From a virus, in the IMG/VR virus record IMGVR_UViG_3300031227_000018, positions 1 to 64,000 of that record: a stretch of DNA of 64,000 bases; one strand, given 5' to 3'. Below are positions 37,759 to 46,968 of the stretch, one piece after another (position 1 is the first letter of the stretch; each line of letters opens with the position of its first letter). Below the pieces are notes generated by a model. The model was given only the letters and a program-made list of their open reading frames with translations. It had not been told where the DNA came from and searched no databases. Position numbers and translations under genes: made by a program.

Positions 37759-38574
37759 ATGACTCAAAGTTCAGTTATATTTCCTGAGAATGCTGTATCT
37801 CAACCTGGTTATGATAGGTATGATACGGTATTAACAGTCAATGATTTGAGAAAAAGGTACTTGCATGGAGTTGATTTGAGAGATAGTACGGGCAAAAATT
37901 TGAGCAAACAAGCTGTTGAATTTTATCTCAAGTCCGCCATTTCTCAAATTGAACATGATTATGAAATAACAATCACTCCCACCAAGTACATGTATGAACC
38001 ACATGATTATAAGATGGTGGATTATTGGAATTGGTCTTTAATTAGATTAAAACATAAACCAGTTATCAGTATCGAAGAGTTGCAATTGAGAGTTACTAAT
38101 CCTGATGATAGTAGCGAATCAGATGCTGTAATACCAAACAGTTGGATTAGGCTAACCAATTTGACAGGCCAATTCCAATTAGCCCCTATCACGGGTTCTA
38201 TTGGAACTTTTAATATTGGTAACACCACATTCTTACCTCGCATACTCATTTTTAACGACACTTTTCCGGCGTTTTTTCGTGTAACTTATACTGCGGGTTT
38301 TGAAATAAATAGAATCCCAGCAATCATTAATAACGCTATTGGATTGACTGCTGCTTTACGTATTCTTTCTATCGCGGGCGATCTTGTTCTTGGTGCAGGT
38401 GTAGCGAGTTCTTCAATAGGGTTGGACGGTCTCAGTAAAAGTATTTCAACCACAGCATCGGCTATGTACGGTGCTTATTCTGCTCGTATGGAAGATTATA
38501 GAAAAGAACTTAAAAAAATAGAAGGCATTCTTAAGAAGTATTATGGAAAAACTTTAAAGGCAGCTGTTGTTTAA
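37759..38574 (+). CDS. head-tail adaptor/neck protein
   Basis: VTYTAGF..IP..I, GVAS.S.GLDGLS.SI.TT.SAMY..YSAR. Confidence 0.75.
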   Translation: MTQSSVIFPENAVSQPGYDRYDTVLTVNDLRKRYLHGVDLRDSTGKNLSKQAVEFYLKSAISQIEHDYEITITPTKYMYEPHDYKMVDYWNWSLIRLKHKPVISIEELQLRVTNPDDSSESDAVIPNSWIRLTNLTGQFQLAPITGSIGTFNIGNTTFLPRILIFNDTFPAFFRVTYTAGFEINRIPAIINNAIGLTAALRILSIAGDLVLGAGVASSSIGLDGLSKSISTTASAMYGAYSARMEDYRKELKKIEGILKKYYGKTLKAAVV

Positions 38575-38591
38575 AATAAAAGGGGTGATAT

Positions 38592-39002
38592 ATGATTAAA
38601 GAATATAAGAAAAAAGAAAAGACGAGGTTGTCGGAACATTTTGTATCTACAGAATTTGATTGTCATTGTAAACGAAAAGGGTGCACTATCACTTATATTG
38701 ATAGCGATTTGATTGACCTTTTAGAGCAATTGAGAGATAAGTGGGGTGGCAACCCTATTTTAATTAAGAGCGGTTTTAGGTGTGTAGATCATAACGCTAA
38801 AGCGGGGGGTAAATCCGGGAGTAGGCATTTGGTAGGTAAGGCGGCTGATTTTGATATGCACAAGTTAAAAGAAATTGTTGGGATAGATGTTTTGATACAA
38901 GATTGTCAGGCTTTTGGAGGGTTGGGGTTATCAATAAGGAAAAGTTTTATTCATGGGGATGTTCGAAAAACTCGTGCAAGATGGAAATATAAAGGAGGTT
39001 GA
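38592..39002 (+). CDS. peptidase M15A, probable endolysin
   Basis: LSEHF...EF.C, SGFRC..HN, S.HL.GKAAD, FIH.DVR. Confidence 0.85.
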   Translation: MIKEYKKKEKTRLSEHFVSTEFDCHCKRKGCTITYIDSDLIDLLEQLRDKWGGNPILIKSGFRCVDHNAKAGGKSGSRHLVGKAADFDMHKLKEIVGIDVLIQDCQAFGGLGLSIRKSFIHGDVRKTRARWKYKGG

Positions 39003-39004
39003 TC

Positions 39005-39193
39005 ATGCTAAGTATTTTCAATATTTTTAGAAAAAAGAAACTTAAAGTTGGAGCGAAAGTTGTTTTGTTAGGGAATAAAGATTATGAAGGTGTTATTGCG
39101 GGTGTTAAAGAAGACGGTTGTTTGATTCAGTGGGATAAGTATAAAACAGGTGATATTCATAAATACGCTTTTGATGCGTTTAAACTAATTTAA
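39005..39193 (+). CDS. small SH3-like protein
   Basis: KVG.KV...G.I...IQWD pattern; GGAGG RBS. Confidence 0.5.
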   Translation: MLSIFNIFRKKKLKVGAKVVLLGNKDYEGVIAGVKEDGCLIQWDKYKTGDIHKYAFDAFKLI

Positions 39194-39218
39194 GAAATGA
39201 AGGAAAACGGGGTGAAGA

Positions 39219-40118
39219 ATGGAACAGACAAATAAGGTCTTTGAAGGACTCAAGAGTGATATTATGGGGTTATCTGATTTTATGGGTAAGGAAAAATTGT
39301 ATCAGGATTTTCATGCAATGGTCGCTTTGATAACTCCCGACAAGGAAATACATGCAGATGTGTGGGATCGTGATGAAAGTAGGATAAGAAATAAAATTCA
39401 AAACCCTGAGTATAAAACTTACGGTGAGGAAAAAGGTGGGGTTGAGTTGGCTTTTCGTTTAAAACAAGTATCTCCCCAAGAAATTGGTCTTGCTCCTGTT
39501 GATAAGACTCCAGTTTTTTTTGATTCAGCCATGGCGTTATCCCCTTCTTATCAAGATGAATTTAGTGAAGTAGACGGTTACGAACCTAGTCGTGATATTA
39601 TGGGCGGTGGCATTAAATGTAATTGTGCTGTGTGTGTTGTTTTGAGAAAACCCAAAGAAATTTGGCAGCCCTTTGACTATAAAGTTGCTGAAGAAACGGT
39701 GAATTTCATAAACGAATATATTGAAAACAATAGGATGATTGAAAAGAAAATGAATATCAAAAGAACCCCCGAGGAACTAAAGATATTGACAGATAGAATT
39801 AAAGAACATTATGCGACTAAATCCATTGATTTTATTGATGAGATCAAAAAGTCCGTTGATATTCGCATTAAAAATGATATCAAAGAAAAGGTTAAACTGG
39901 AGAAGACGACTCTTTTAAAGTCAATTAAAGATAAATTGGATTTGTTAAAAAGAACAAAAGAAGGGAAGGAAATCGTTAAAGGTTTGTTTGGTGAAGAATT
40001 TAAAATATTCCAAATGAATTCTGATTCTGAATCTGAAATGGAAGGTTTTTGTAAATCGTTAAGCGGGTCTACTGATATCGTAGATTTTGTCGGTGTCAAT
40101 GGGGCGAAAGGTGAATAA
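39219..40118 (+). CDS. hypothetical protein, possible internal head protein
   Basis: IKK-S, LLK-S, FCK-S motifs. Confidence 0.55.
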   Translation: MEQTNKVFEGLKSDIMGLSDFMGKEKLYQDFHAMVALITPDKEIHADVWDRDESRIRNKIQNPEYKTYGEEKGGVELAFRLKQVSPQEIGLAPVDKTPVFFDSAMALSPSYQDEFSEVDGYEPSRDIMGGGIKCNCAVCVVLRKPKEIWQPFDYKVAEETVNFINEYIENNRMIEKKMNIKRTPEELKILTDRIKEHYATKSIDFIDEIKKSVDIRIKNDIKEKVKLEKTTLLKSIKDKLDLLKRTKEGKEIVKGLFGEEFKIFQMNSDSESEMEGFCKSLSGSTDIVDFVGVNGAKGE

Positions 40119-40120
40119 TT

Positions 40121-40951
40121 GTGGTCACAAGAAGGTTGGCAAAGGGGAAGTATACCAAAGGCTCCAATCCTTATAAAGCTAAAACGGGCAGTTGGGCAGT
40201 CTTAGATCCCGAAGAATTTAATGCACAAATTGCTGAACATGGAATTAGGGTTTTGCATGAAAAGATCACCTTATGCCCTAATTATCGTGGTGAAAGCGAC
40301 AGCGGGGTTCATGTTTTAGATTGCCCGCTTTGTCATGGCAGTAATTTCATTCATTTTGATCCGCAAGAAATTTGGGGATTATTTCAACAAAATTCTTTAG
40401 TGCAAAACTTTTTTACACAGGGTTGGTGGGATAGGGGAACAGCTCTTTTAACCACTCCCACCCATTTAGAAGGGGAGTCAAGTCAACCAATTTTTTTGAA
40501 TTATTTTGATAAAATAACACTCCTAGATTTTGAAGAAAGATTTCATGAGTTAATCCATAAGTCTAAAGGGAATCTAGATAAGCTAAAATATCCAGTTGTT
40601 GACGTCAACTTCTTAAGAACCACTTATAAGGAATATCATAAACACAAGGATTTTGATGTAACTGATGATGGCTATATAAAATGGAAATCAGATAATCACC
40701 CTAGCTACGATATGTATCAAGAGGTAGGCGAGTTATTTACGGTATCATATTTACGAAGACCCATCTATCGAGTTTTAGAAATTATGCATGAAGGTAGGTA
40801 TAGTCAATACAATTTTAAAAAAGCCACTCGGGTGGCTTCGCGCTATCCGCAGCAAGTTTTGATTAAGAAGGATTTTTTAATTCAACGAGCGGAAGAAACT
40901 CAAGATAAAGAAATAATTTCGGCTGAGGATTTAACACCATCCGGACCATAA
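40121..40951 (+). CDS. head closure/neck protein
   Basis: CP..CPLCHG Zn motif; position as in Twort-like neck genes. Confidence 0.6.
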   Translation: MVTRRLAKGKYTKGSNPYKAKTGSWAVLDPEEFNAQIAEHGIRVLHEKITLCPNYRGESDSGVHVLDCPLCHGSNFIHFDPQEIWGLFQQNSLVQNFFTQGWWDRGTALLTTPTHLEGESSQPIFLNYFDKITLLDFEERFHELIHKSKGNLDKLKYPVVDVNFLRTTYKEYHKHKDFDVTDDGYIKWKSDNHPSYDMYQEVGELFTVSYLRRPIYRVLEIMHEGRYSQYNFKKATRVASRYPQQVLIKKDFLIQRAEETQDKEIISAEDLTPSGP

Positions 40952-40952
40952 A

Positions 40953-41669
40953 ATGGCAAATTTTGATATAAATTTAAAAGCAAGTGAGTTGGGAAAGAGT
41001 TTGGATGATATTTCCGACCGAGCTAAGAATGAATTGAGCGGAGCATTAGGCGGTTTAGTGGATGCCATTTATGGTCAAGGAATCATTTATGCACAACAAC
41101 GATTAAAGACAACTCGCCTTCAATATTTGGAGAATTTTCATTATCAAAAGGCTGGGGACAATCTTTATGTTATTTATTTGGATGACGAAGCCAATTATTT
41201 AGAAGATGGATTTGCTGGATTTTCTATGATCCCTGGATTAGTGAATGGCCCTAAATCAAAACCCACTAAAGATGGGATGGGGAGATATAACACTGTACCG
41301 ATTCGTCATTCTGTAGGAAGTCAACAAAAGACGAATATGGCACAAATGGAATTACAACAGAATTTAATAGATACAATTAAGAGAAATAAACTGGGAAAAA
41401 CTTTTAAACATCCTTCAGGGCAACCCATGCAGGGAGTTGTAGCTAGGGTTAAGGGAAACGATTTAGCTCAGAACCTTCAAGGGTTGGTGAAAGTTCAAAA
41501 AACGTATGAGAAGGCGACTCAGAGCTATTATATGACTTTTAGGAGGGTGTCCACTAAGACTGATCCAACTAAATGGAGACATCCTGGATGGAAAGGTGCG
41601 CATATTTTTGATGATTTAGAAAATTTTACTGATAGAAAAATAGAAGAAATATTGCAGGCAATTCTGTAA
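40953..41669 (+). CDS. neck/tail completion protein
   Basis: YMTFRRVS..TDP..W.HPG motif; position. Confidence 0.6.
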   Translation: MANFDINLKASELGKSLDDISDRAKNELSGALGGLVDAIYGQGIIYAQQRLKTTRLQYLENFHYQKAGDNLYVIYLDDEANYLEDGFAGFSMIPGLVNGPKSKPTKDGMGRYNTVPIRHSVGSQQKTNMAQMELQQNLIDTIKRNKLGKTFKHPSGQPMQGVVARVKGNDLAQNLQGLVKVQKTYEKATQSYYMTFRRVSTKTDPTKWRHPGWKGAHIFDDLENFTDRKIEEILQAIL

Positions 41670-41698
41670 TAAAAATTAGAGGCGAGAAGGACTATAAT
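41670..41698 (+). promoter_or_regulatory. putative late promoter TAAAAA-N17-TATAAT for the tail operon
   Basis: Motif family member; ATG 6 nt downstream. Confidence 0.75.
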
Positions 41699-41704
41699 AA
41701 AAAA

Positions 41705-42637
41705 ATGGGTGCTCCACTTACAGAAATCATTTTAGAACGTATAATTCGATATGGATTACAAGAACTTAGGGATAAGCCATCGAGAATTGATATGATCTTT
41801 GATAAGATGCTTTTGCCTGCCATGGTTAAACAATATGGCAACAAAGAAATAGACACTATAAAGCAATACGTTTTAAATAAAAAGATTGCAGTTGTTCAGG
41901 CGTGGCCAATTCAAGCTGAAAAAATACCTTGTTATTCTATAAATGTGGTAGGAACAGAAGAAGCTGCTAATACAGCTTTTTTTGGAGATGAAGGTGGGTA
42001 TGAAGTAGCAACGCGAACTGCGCCAGTTCTTTTATCTACGACTCCATTGAGTTATGATTCAACCACGGGGTTTCTTAAATTATCTGATGGAACAGATTTA
42101 TCAAACATTTATGTTGGAGCTATTTTTACGGATCCTACGGGGGAGGAATATGAAATTTTAGGGGCAATTTTAGAGGAAACTGGAAGGACTGGTTTTGCGA
42201 TAGTTTACGGGGCAGATGTTACATTAGGAAGCAGCGTAGTGTATGGAGCTCCTGATTATGATGTCAGCGACGTTAAGAAAACTCCTATGATAGAAAATGT
42301 CCAAATAGGGGTTCATGCTGGGGAAGAAACAAACTTATGCAAGTATCTTTATTACATGCTTTTGTATTTCATTCAAAGTCGGAGAATGGAACTTGAGAAT
42401 ATCGGGGTCCAACTTCATACTTTTACAGTGAGTGAATTTGCTAAAATTCTGGATTTTTTACCTGACAATGTTTTAAGTAGATTTGTTACTTTCAGGGCTA
42501 AAGTTTGGTTCAGTTGGTATCAAGATCCTATTCAGTCTATAAATCGTACTGGCGTGCAGGTAAAAGTTGATAAAGATAAATGGATAAAAACGGGTGATTA
42601 TACGGTTTTAACAACTGATGGAACTGAAGAAGAATAA
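41705..42637 (+). CDS. tail terminator-like protein
   Basis: Position before the sheath; inserted beta domain. Confidence 0.55.
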   Translation: MGAPLTEIILERIIRYGLQELRDKPSRIDMIFDKMLLPAMVKQYGNKEIDTIKQYVLNKKIAVVQAWPIQAEKIPCYSINVVGTEEAANTAFFGDEGGYEVATRTAPVLLSTTPLSYDSTTGFLKLSDGTDLSNIYVGAIFTDPTGEEYEILGAILEETGRTGFAIVYGADVTLGSSVVYGAPDYDVSDVKKTPMIENVQIGVHAGEETNLCKYLYYMLLYFIQSRRMELENIGVQLHTFTVSEFAKILDFLPDNVLSRFVTFRAKVWFSWYQDPIQSINRTGVQVKVDKDKWIKTGDYTVLTTDGTEEE

Positions 42638-42653
42638 ATAAAAGGAGAATACC

Positions 42654-43025
42654 ATGATAAAAGAAAAAGAAGTTGAAGAGGTAAAGGTAGAAGAAGTGGG
42701 TTCAATTAAAGAGGAGAGTGTTGCAGTGAAAAAGGTGGATGGGAAAGTAGATGAGAAGGTCGTTAAGACTTACATGAAAAATATAACATTAGCAAAAATA
42801 AACAAGGAAGATTTTGAAATCACTAAAAAAGAAACAGATAATAAGGTAAAATTAGATAACAGATTGACGTTTGAGGCTTTTTTTGAGGTGTTGAAACTTG
42901 AGAATAGTAGCATTAAAGATCACCATAAAAGACCGATTAGATTGTTTTTGGAAGAGAAAAATGATTCAAAAATGTTGTTATTTAAAAAAGAAAGATACAT
43001 GGAACTATTTAAAAATTATTTTTAG
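42654..43025 (+). CDS. hypothetical protein
   Basis: AAGGAG RBS; between terminator and sheath genes. Confidence 0.6.
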   Translation: MIKEKEVEEVKVEEVGSIKEESVAVKKVDGKVDEKVVKTYMKNITLAKINKEDFEITKKETDNKVKLDNRLTFEAFFEVLKLENSSIKDHHKRPIRLFLEEKNDSKMLLFKKERYMELFKNYF

Positions 43026-43045
43026 CTTAAAATAAAGGAGAGAAC

Positions 43046-45529
43046 ATGTCGATTACAATTTCTTATAATGGTGCGGCTATTAACAAACCTGGAGCGTATT
43101 CTAAAATTGACGTTGAAGTGAATGCTGGATTGCCGTTAGCTCCTGCAGGTATCGTGGGTATTGTGGGAGAGGCATACGGCGGAGCTCCTGGAAGTTCGGA
43201 TGGTGTTCAAGAATATGACAGCGTACAATTGTATGAAATTATTGCTAAGTATGTTAGCGGTCCTATTGTGGATTCTTGTAGGGCTCTTTTAAATCCAAGT
43301 AAAGACCCCGATATAGTCAACGGTGCGAATAAGGTCAAGATATACAAGACCAATTCATCTGCGCAGTCCAGTTCTTATATTCAACAGATAGATGATGCTG
43401 TCACACCTGAATCCATTATAACATTATTGTCTGCGAATTATGGTGACGATGAAAATAATATCAATTTTTATGTCACCCAAGGAGTTACAGAAGATGACTC
43501 CTGTTCTTTCACTAGTGATACATTAACATTCCCATTAGTTTTATCTGGTGGTGGAATATTGAATTATTATTATCAAGGGTCTATTTATGGCTTTGTAATG
43601 CCAGCAGGTGGACCATATGCCGCAGTTGCTGATGTCATTGCCCTTTTGAATGATGACGCAAATTGGGCACCTAGCCGTCCTATCGTAGCTTCTGCTGTTG
43701 GAACAACTAAAATAAAGGTTGAGATTAACACGGCACTTCCAGCTTTTGATGGTTACGAGACAATGGATGAATATGGTTGGGCATTTTTCGGTGGATTAGT
43801 GAGTGATGCTGAATTGAAATTCAGAACTGATATCCCTTTTACTGGTAATGGAACTGCTGTTGGAACATTTACAACCAGTGACATCAGTACATTGTCTGTA
43901 GGTATGTGGACGCAGGTAATGGATAATGATTCCGCTTTTCTTTTTGTGAAGGTTACAGGAATTAGCGGTTCTGCTGCGCCCTATACGATTACGGTTGATG
44001 ATGGAAACACAAACCTTTTAGCTTATACGGTGGCCCAAAATGCACGTGTTTGGGGTTCTTGTGGTATAATTGACGAAACCACCATGGAATTGACACATGG
44101 AACTGGGGGATGGACGCGAGGTTTTAGGGGTTCTCGATTGGTGATTGCGAAGAAGAATATCACTGTTGAAACTTTACCTGAAAACAGCAATGACACTACG
44201 TTTAGGATTCAATATACAGGTTCTGGCACGAATTGTACAATGTCAATTCAAACCGTTGGCGGTATCAAGAAACTAACAACAACTTGCACAGGTGCTGCGG
44301 CTGATGATTTAGATATTACTTTATCAACATATACCACCATTCAGCAATTGGTAGATTATATTGATAATTATAGCGGAGGAGCAAAATACCATTGCTATAG
44401 CGATTATTACAATGCAGGTTCATTGAGTCCTGCTTATCTCGATTTTTATAACGCCATTCAAATTCGAGCGATTCCACTGGATGTAAAGGTCGCTATCAAT
44501 GAAACTGTTGTTATTCTAAATTCATATTCTCAATTTTTGAGGGGAACTCAAGTTGATAATGTTTACGGTCAACTTGAAACTATTTCAAGTACTGCGAAAA
44601 GATTCTTAACGGGAGCTACCAATGGAGGAACTTCTAACAGTGATGTTCAGGCTGGATTTGATGCATTGTTAACGACTGAATGTGACATAGTTGTTCCGTT
44701 ATTTTGTAGAAATGCTTCGGCTGATATTGTAGAATCTTTGACAGAAGCGACTTCAAATTATACAATTTCTTCAATTGTAACAATGGCAGATTCTCATTGT
44801 CGTACAGCTTCTAACACAATCAATAGAAGTGAAAGAACGGATTTTGTTTCCTATAAAGGAACTTATGCTGCCACTATACAGATGGCAAAACTTTTGAACA
44901 GTGAATACAGCTCATTAGTTCTTCAGGACACTCAAGTCATAGATTCAGATGATACGTTGGCTTGGAAAAATCCGTTCGTGTTTGCTTCTCTTTGTGCTGG
45001 AGCAGAAGCGGGTTCTGAGGTTGGGTTACCACTCACCAAAAAAGCACTTAATTGTAACGGTGTACGTCATTCCGAATTTAATCCAAGAACGGATTACAGT
45101 GCGGCAATTGAAGCTGGCCTTTTCTTCGCTGATATGCCGGAAAGAGGTGGAGTGGTCGTTGTTTGTGGCAATACAACTTATCAAAAAGATGCGAGTTTTG
45201 TTTGGAATAGAAGGTCGGTAATTCGAGCATCTCAGTACACAGCTAAAACATTGCGTGAACAACTTGAGACAGCTTTTGTGGGTAAAACTAAGGCTGGAGG
45301 AACGACTCTTGCTCAAGGTATTAAGGGTTATGCCCAAATGATTCTTGGCTCTTTGTTGAGGCAAAACATATTAGTTGGAGATAGTAGAAATGGTGGTCTT
45401 GGATATCGCGGTTTAACTGTCAATGTATCTGGTGGAACTGTTACTTTGGATGTAATTATTACACCAATTCAAGGAATTGATTTTGTCTTAAATAATATCA
45501 CTTTGGCTAATATCAGTGATGCTGCTTAA
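43046..45529 (+). CDS. contractile tail sheath protein
   Basis: N-terminal PGAYS.I...VGIVGEA.GG.P; C-terminal TLREQLE..FVG and PIQGIDFVLN.I. Confidence 0.9.
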   Translation: MSITISYNGAAINKPGAYSKIDVEVNAGLPLAPAGIVGIVGEAYGGAPGSSDGVQEYDSVQLYEIIAKYVSGPIVDSCRALLNPSKDPDIVNGANKVKIYKTNSSAQSSSYIQQIDDAVTPESIITLLSANYGDDENNINFYVTQGVTEDDSCSFTSDTLTFPLVLSGGGILNYYYQGSIYGFVMPAGGPYAAVADVIALLNDDANWAPSRPIVASAVGTTKIKVEINTALPAFDGYETMDEYGWAFFGGLVSDAELKFRTDIPFTGNGTAVGTFTTSDISTLSVGMWTQVMDNDSAFLFVKVTGISGSAAPYTITVDDGNTNLLAYTVAQNARVWGSCGIIDETTMELTHGTGGWTRGFRGSRLVIAKKNITVETLPENSNDTTFRIQYTGSGTNCTMSIQTVGGIKKLTTTCTGAAADDLDITLSTYTTIQQLVDYIDNYSGGAKYHCYSDYYNAGSLSPAYLDFYNAIQIRAIPLDVKVAINETVVILNSYSQFLRGTQVDNVYGQLETISSTAKRFLTGATNGGTSNSDVQAGFDALLTTECDIVVPLFCRNASADIVESLTEATSNYTISSIVTMADSHCRTASNTINRSERTDFVSYKGTYAATIQMAKLLNSEYSSLVLQDTQVIDSDDTLAWKNPFVFASLCAGAEAGSEVGLPLTKKALNCNGVRHSEFNPRTDYSAAIEAGLFFADMPERGGVVVVCGNTTYQKDASFVWNRRSVIRASQYTAKTLREQLETAFVGKTKAGGTTLAQGIKGYAQMILGSLLRQNILVGDSRNGGLGYRGLTVNVSGGTVTLDVIITPIQGIDFVLNNITLANISDAA

Positions 45530-45546
45530 AATAAAGGAGGATTAAC

Positions 45547-46026
45547 ATGTCCGGATCAAGAGTTGATGAAGGTGTAAATCCAAGTGCCGTTTTAACAGGT
45601 GCGAAGATAACATTTTATCTTGGTGAAACAGTTGTGGCGTATGGCAGTGCACTTAATGTGACGATCAATCAAGGACTAACCCCTATCCATACTATAGATA
45701 GGTTAGCTCCCGTTGAGTATGCCGAAATTGATTATACCTGTACATTTTCTATAACAAGATTTAGAGTGCCGAAGAATAATGCAAGGCCAGGGACGGGTTC
45801 TCCGGTTGAATTAGGTTGGCAATCTAAGTTGCAGAATATGTTGACACAGGGCACAATTTCCGCGCGAGTGTATGATAAATCAACTCAACAAAATGTGCTA
45901 GTTATTGAAGAAGTTAAAATGACAACTCGTAACTTTTCAATTGCTGCAAGAGATGTTGGCAATGAAACTCTTGATTTTGTTGGTATCCTTGCATATGATG
46001 AAGCTGGGGAACAAAACGTCATTTAA
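45547..46026 (+). CDS. tail tube protein
   Basis: 159 aa after the sheath; VLTGAK, PI.TI....PVE. Confidence 0.8.
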   Translation: MSGSRVDEGVNPSAVLTGAKITFYLGETVVAYGSALNVTINQGLTPIHTIDRLAPVEYAEIDYTCTFSITRFRVPKNNARPGTGSPVELGWQSKLQNMLTQGTISARVYDKSTQQNVLVIEEVKMTTRNFSIAARDVGNETLDFVGILAYDEAGEQNVI

Positions 46027-46043
46027 AATTGCTGACATGATCT

Positions 46044-46084
46044 GTGGGGAGGGCGGGTCCCCTTCTTCGGCCTGCCCTTCTCAC
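46044..46084 (+). other. 16-bp GC-rich hairpin after the tube gene
   Basis: GTGGGGAGGGCGGGTC pairs with GGCCTGCCCTTCTCAC (with G-U); no U tract. Confidence 0.7.
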
Positions 46085-46193
46085 TCCCCCTAAAATAAAA
46101 ACTGCAGTTACCTAAAAAGATTTATATGAACTTACCTAAAAACATTGTTGTAAAACCACTTAAAATTAAACTAAAAAGAAAAAGGAGAATATT

Positions 46194-46607
46194 ATGAATT
46201 TCGATAGTTTACCGCAATTTGAGTTTGGATTTGAAGTAGATGTGATTGGAAGTGAAACGAAAGAAAGGTACAAAGGAAGTTTTGTTTATTGTCGGCCCAA
46301 GATCAAAGAACAGTCGGAAATAGCTCGTCTTAAAGGTCGTCTTGATGGTGGTGTAGATGTTGGTCTTACTATGGTCACCATCCACGATGCACTCGCCCGT
46401 TTAAAAATCACTTTAAAAGAATATCCTAAATGGTGGGAAAAATGTGATTATGGAATGGAACTTTACGATCTTAATGTGATCGCAGAGTTATTGAAACATA
46501 TAAATGATTTTGAAGATCAATTTATAGAAAAAATAAGCGACAAACAACCGAAGGAAAAAAAGAAAGAAGGAAAAGAAGAAAAGACCGATGAACAATCAGA
46601 CACTTAA
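46194..46607 (+). CDS. tail assembly chaperone 1
   Basis: Between tube and tape measure. Confidence 0.65.
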   Translation: MNFDSLPQFEFGFEVDVIGSETKERYKGSFVYCRPKIKEQSEIARLKGRLDGGVDVGLTMVTIHDALARLKITLKEYPKWWEKCDYGMELYDLNVIAELLKHINDFEDQFIEKISDKQPKEKKKEGKEEKTDEQSDT

Positions 46608-46968
46608 AAATATCAAGAAGACCGCTCTTGATAATGTGAATAAAACTGTCAATGACGTGGATTCATTGCACATATATCTTAAACGGTGGTGGTGTTGGTA
46701 TTACAAACGCCCATATAAAGATTCTTTGTTAGGCGAATACACTTATGAAGAGTTGTTGTTGGAATATTGGGAAAGTATATTTTTGAATGATGAAGAATCT
46801 CGTATGCAAGCTGAAGTTGATTTTCAGGCAGTTTCAGAAGAGGATAAGGAAGATTATGAAGATTGGTTGAAAGAAGAGATGGGCGATGACTATCAGTCAC
46901 CATTAGAAATGCAGGATGCATTTGATAAAACCGATAAGACTGAGGAAGTGAAAAATGCCAAAGCATGA
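46588..46968 (+). CDS. tail assembly chaperone 2
   Basis: Overlaps chaperone 1; acidic. Confidence 0.6.
   Translation: MNNQTLKNIKKTALDNVNKTVNDVDSLHIYLKRWWCWYYKRPYKDSLLGEYTYEELLLEYWESIFLNDEESRMQAEVDFQAVSEEDKEDYEDWLKEEMGDDYQSPLEMQDAFDKTDKTEEVKNAKA

Noticed and set aside
46554-46562. Canonical -1 frameshift at A AAA AAG
   Set aside because: The -1 frame reaches TGA at 46589 and does not join the downstream ORF.
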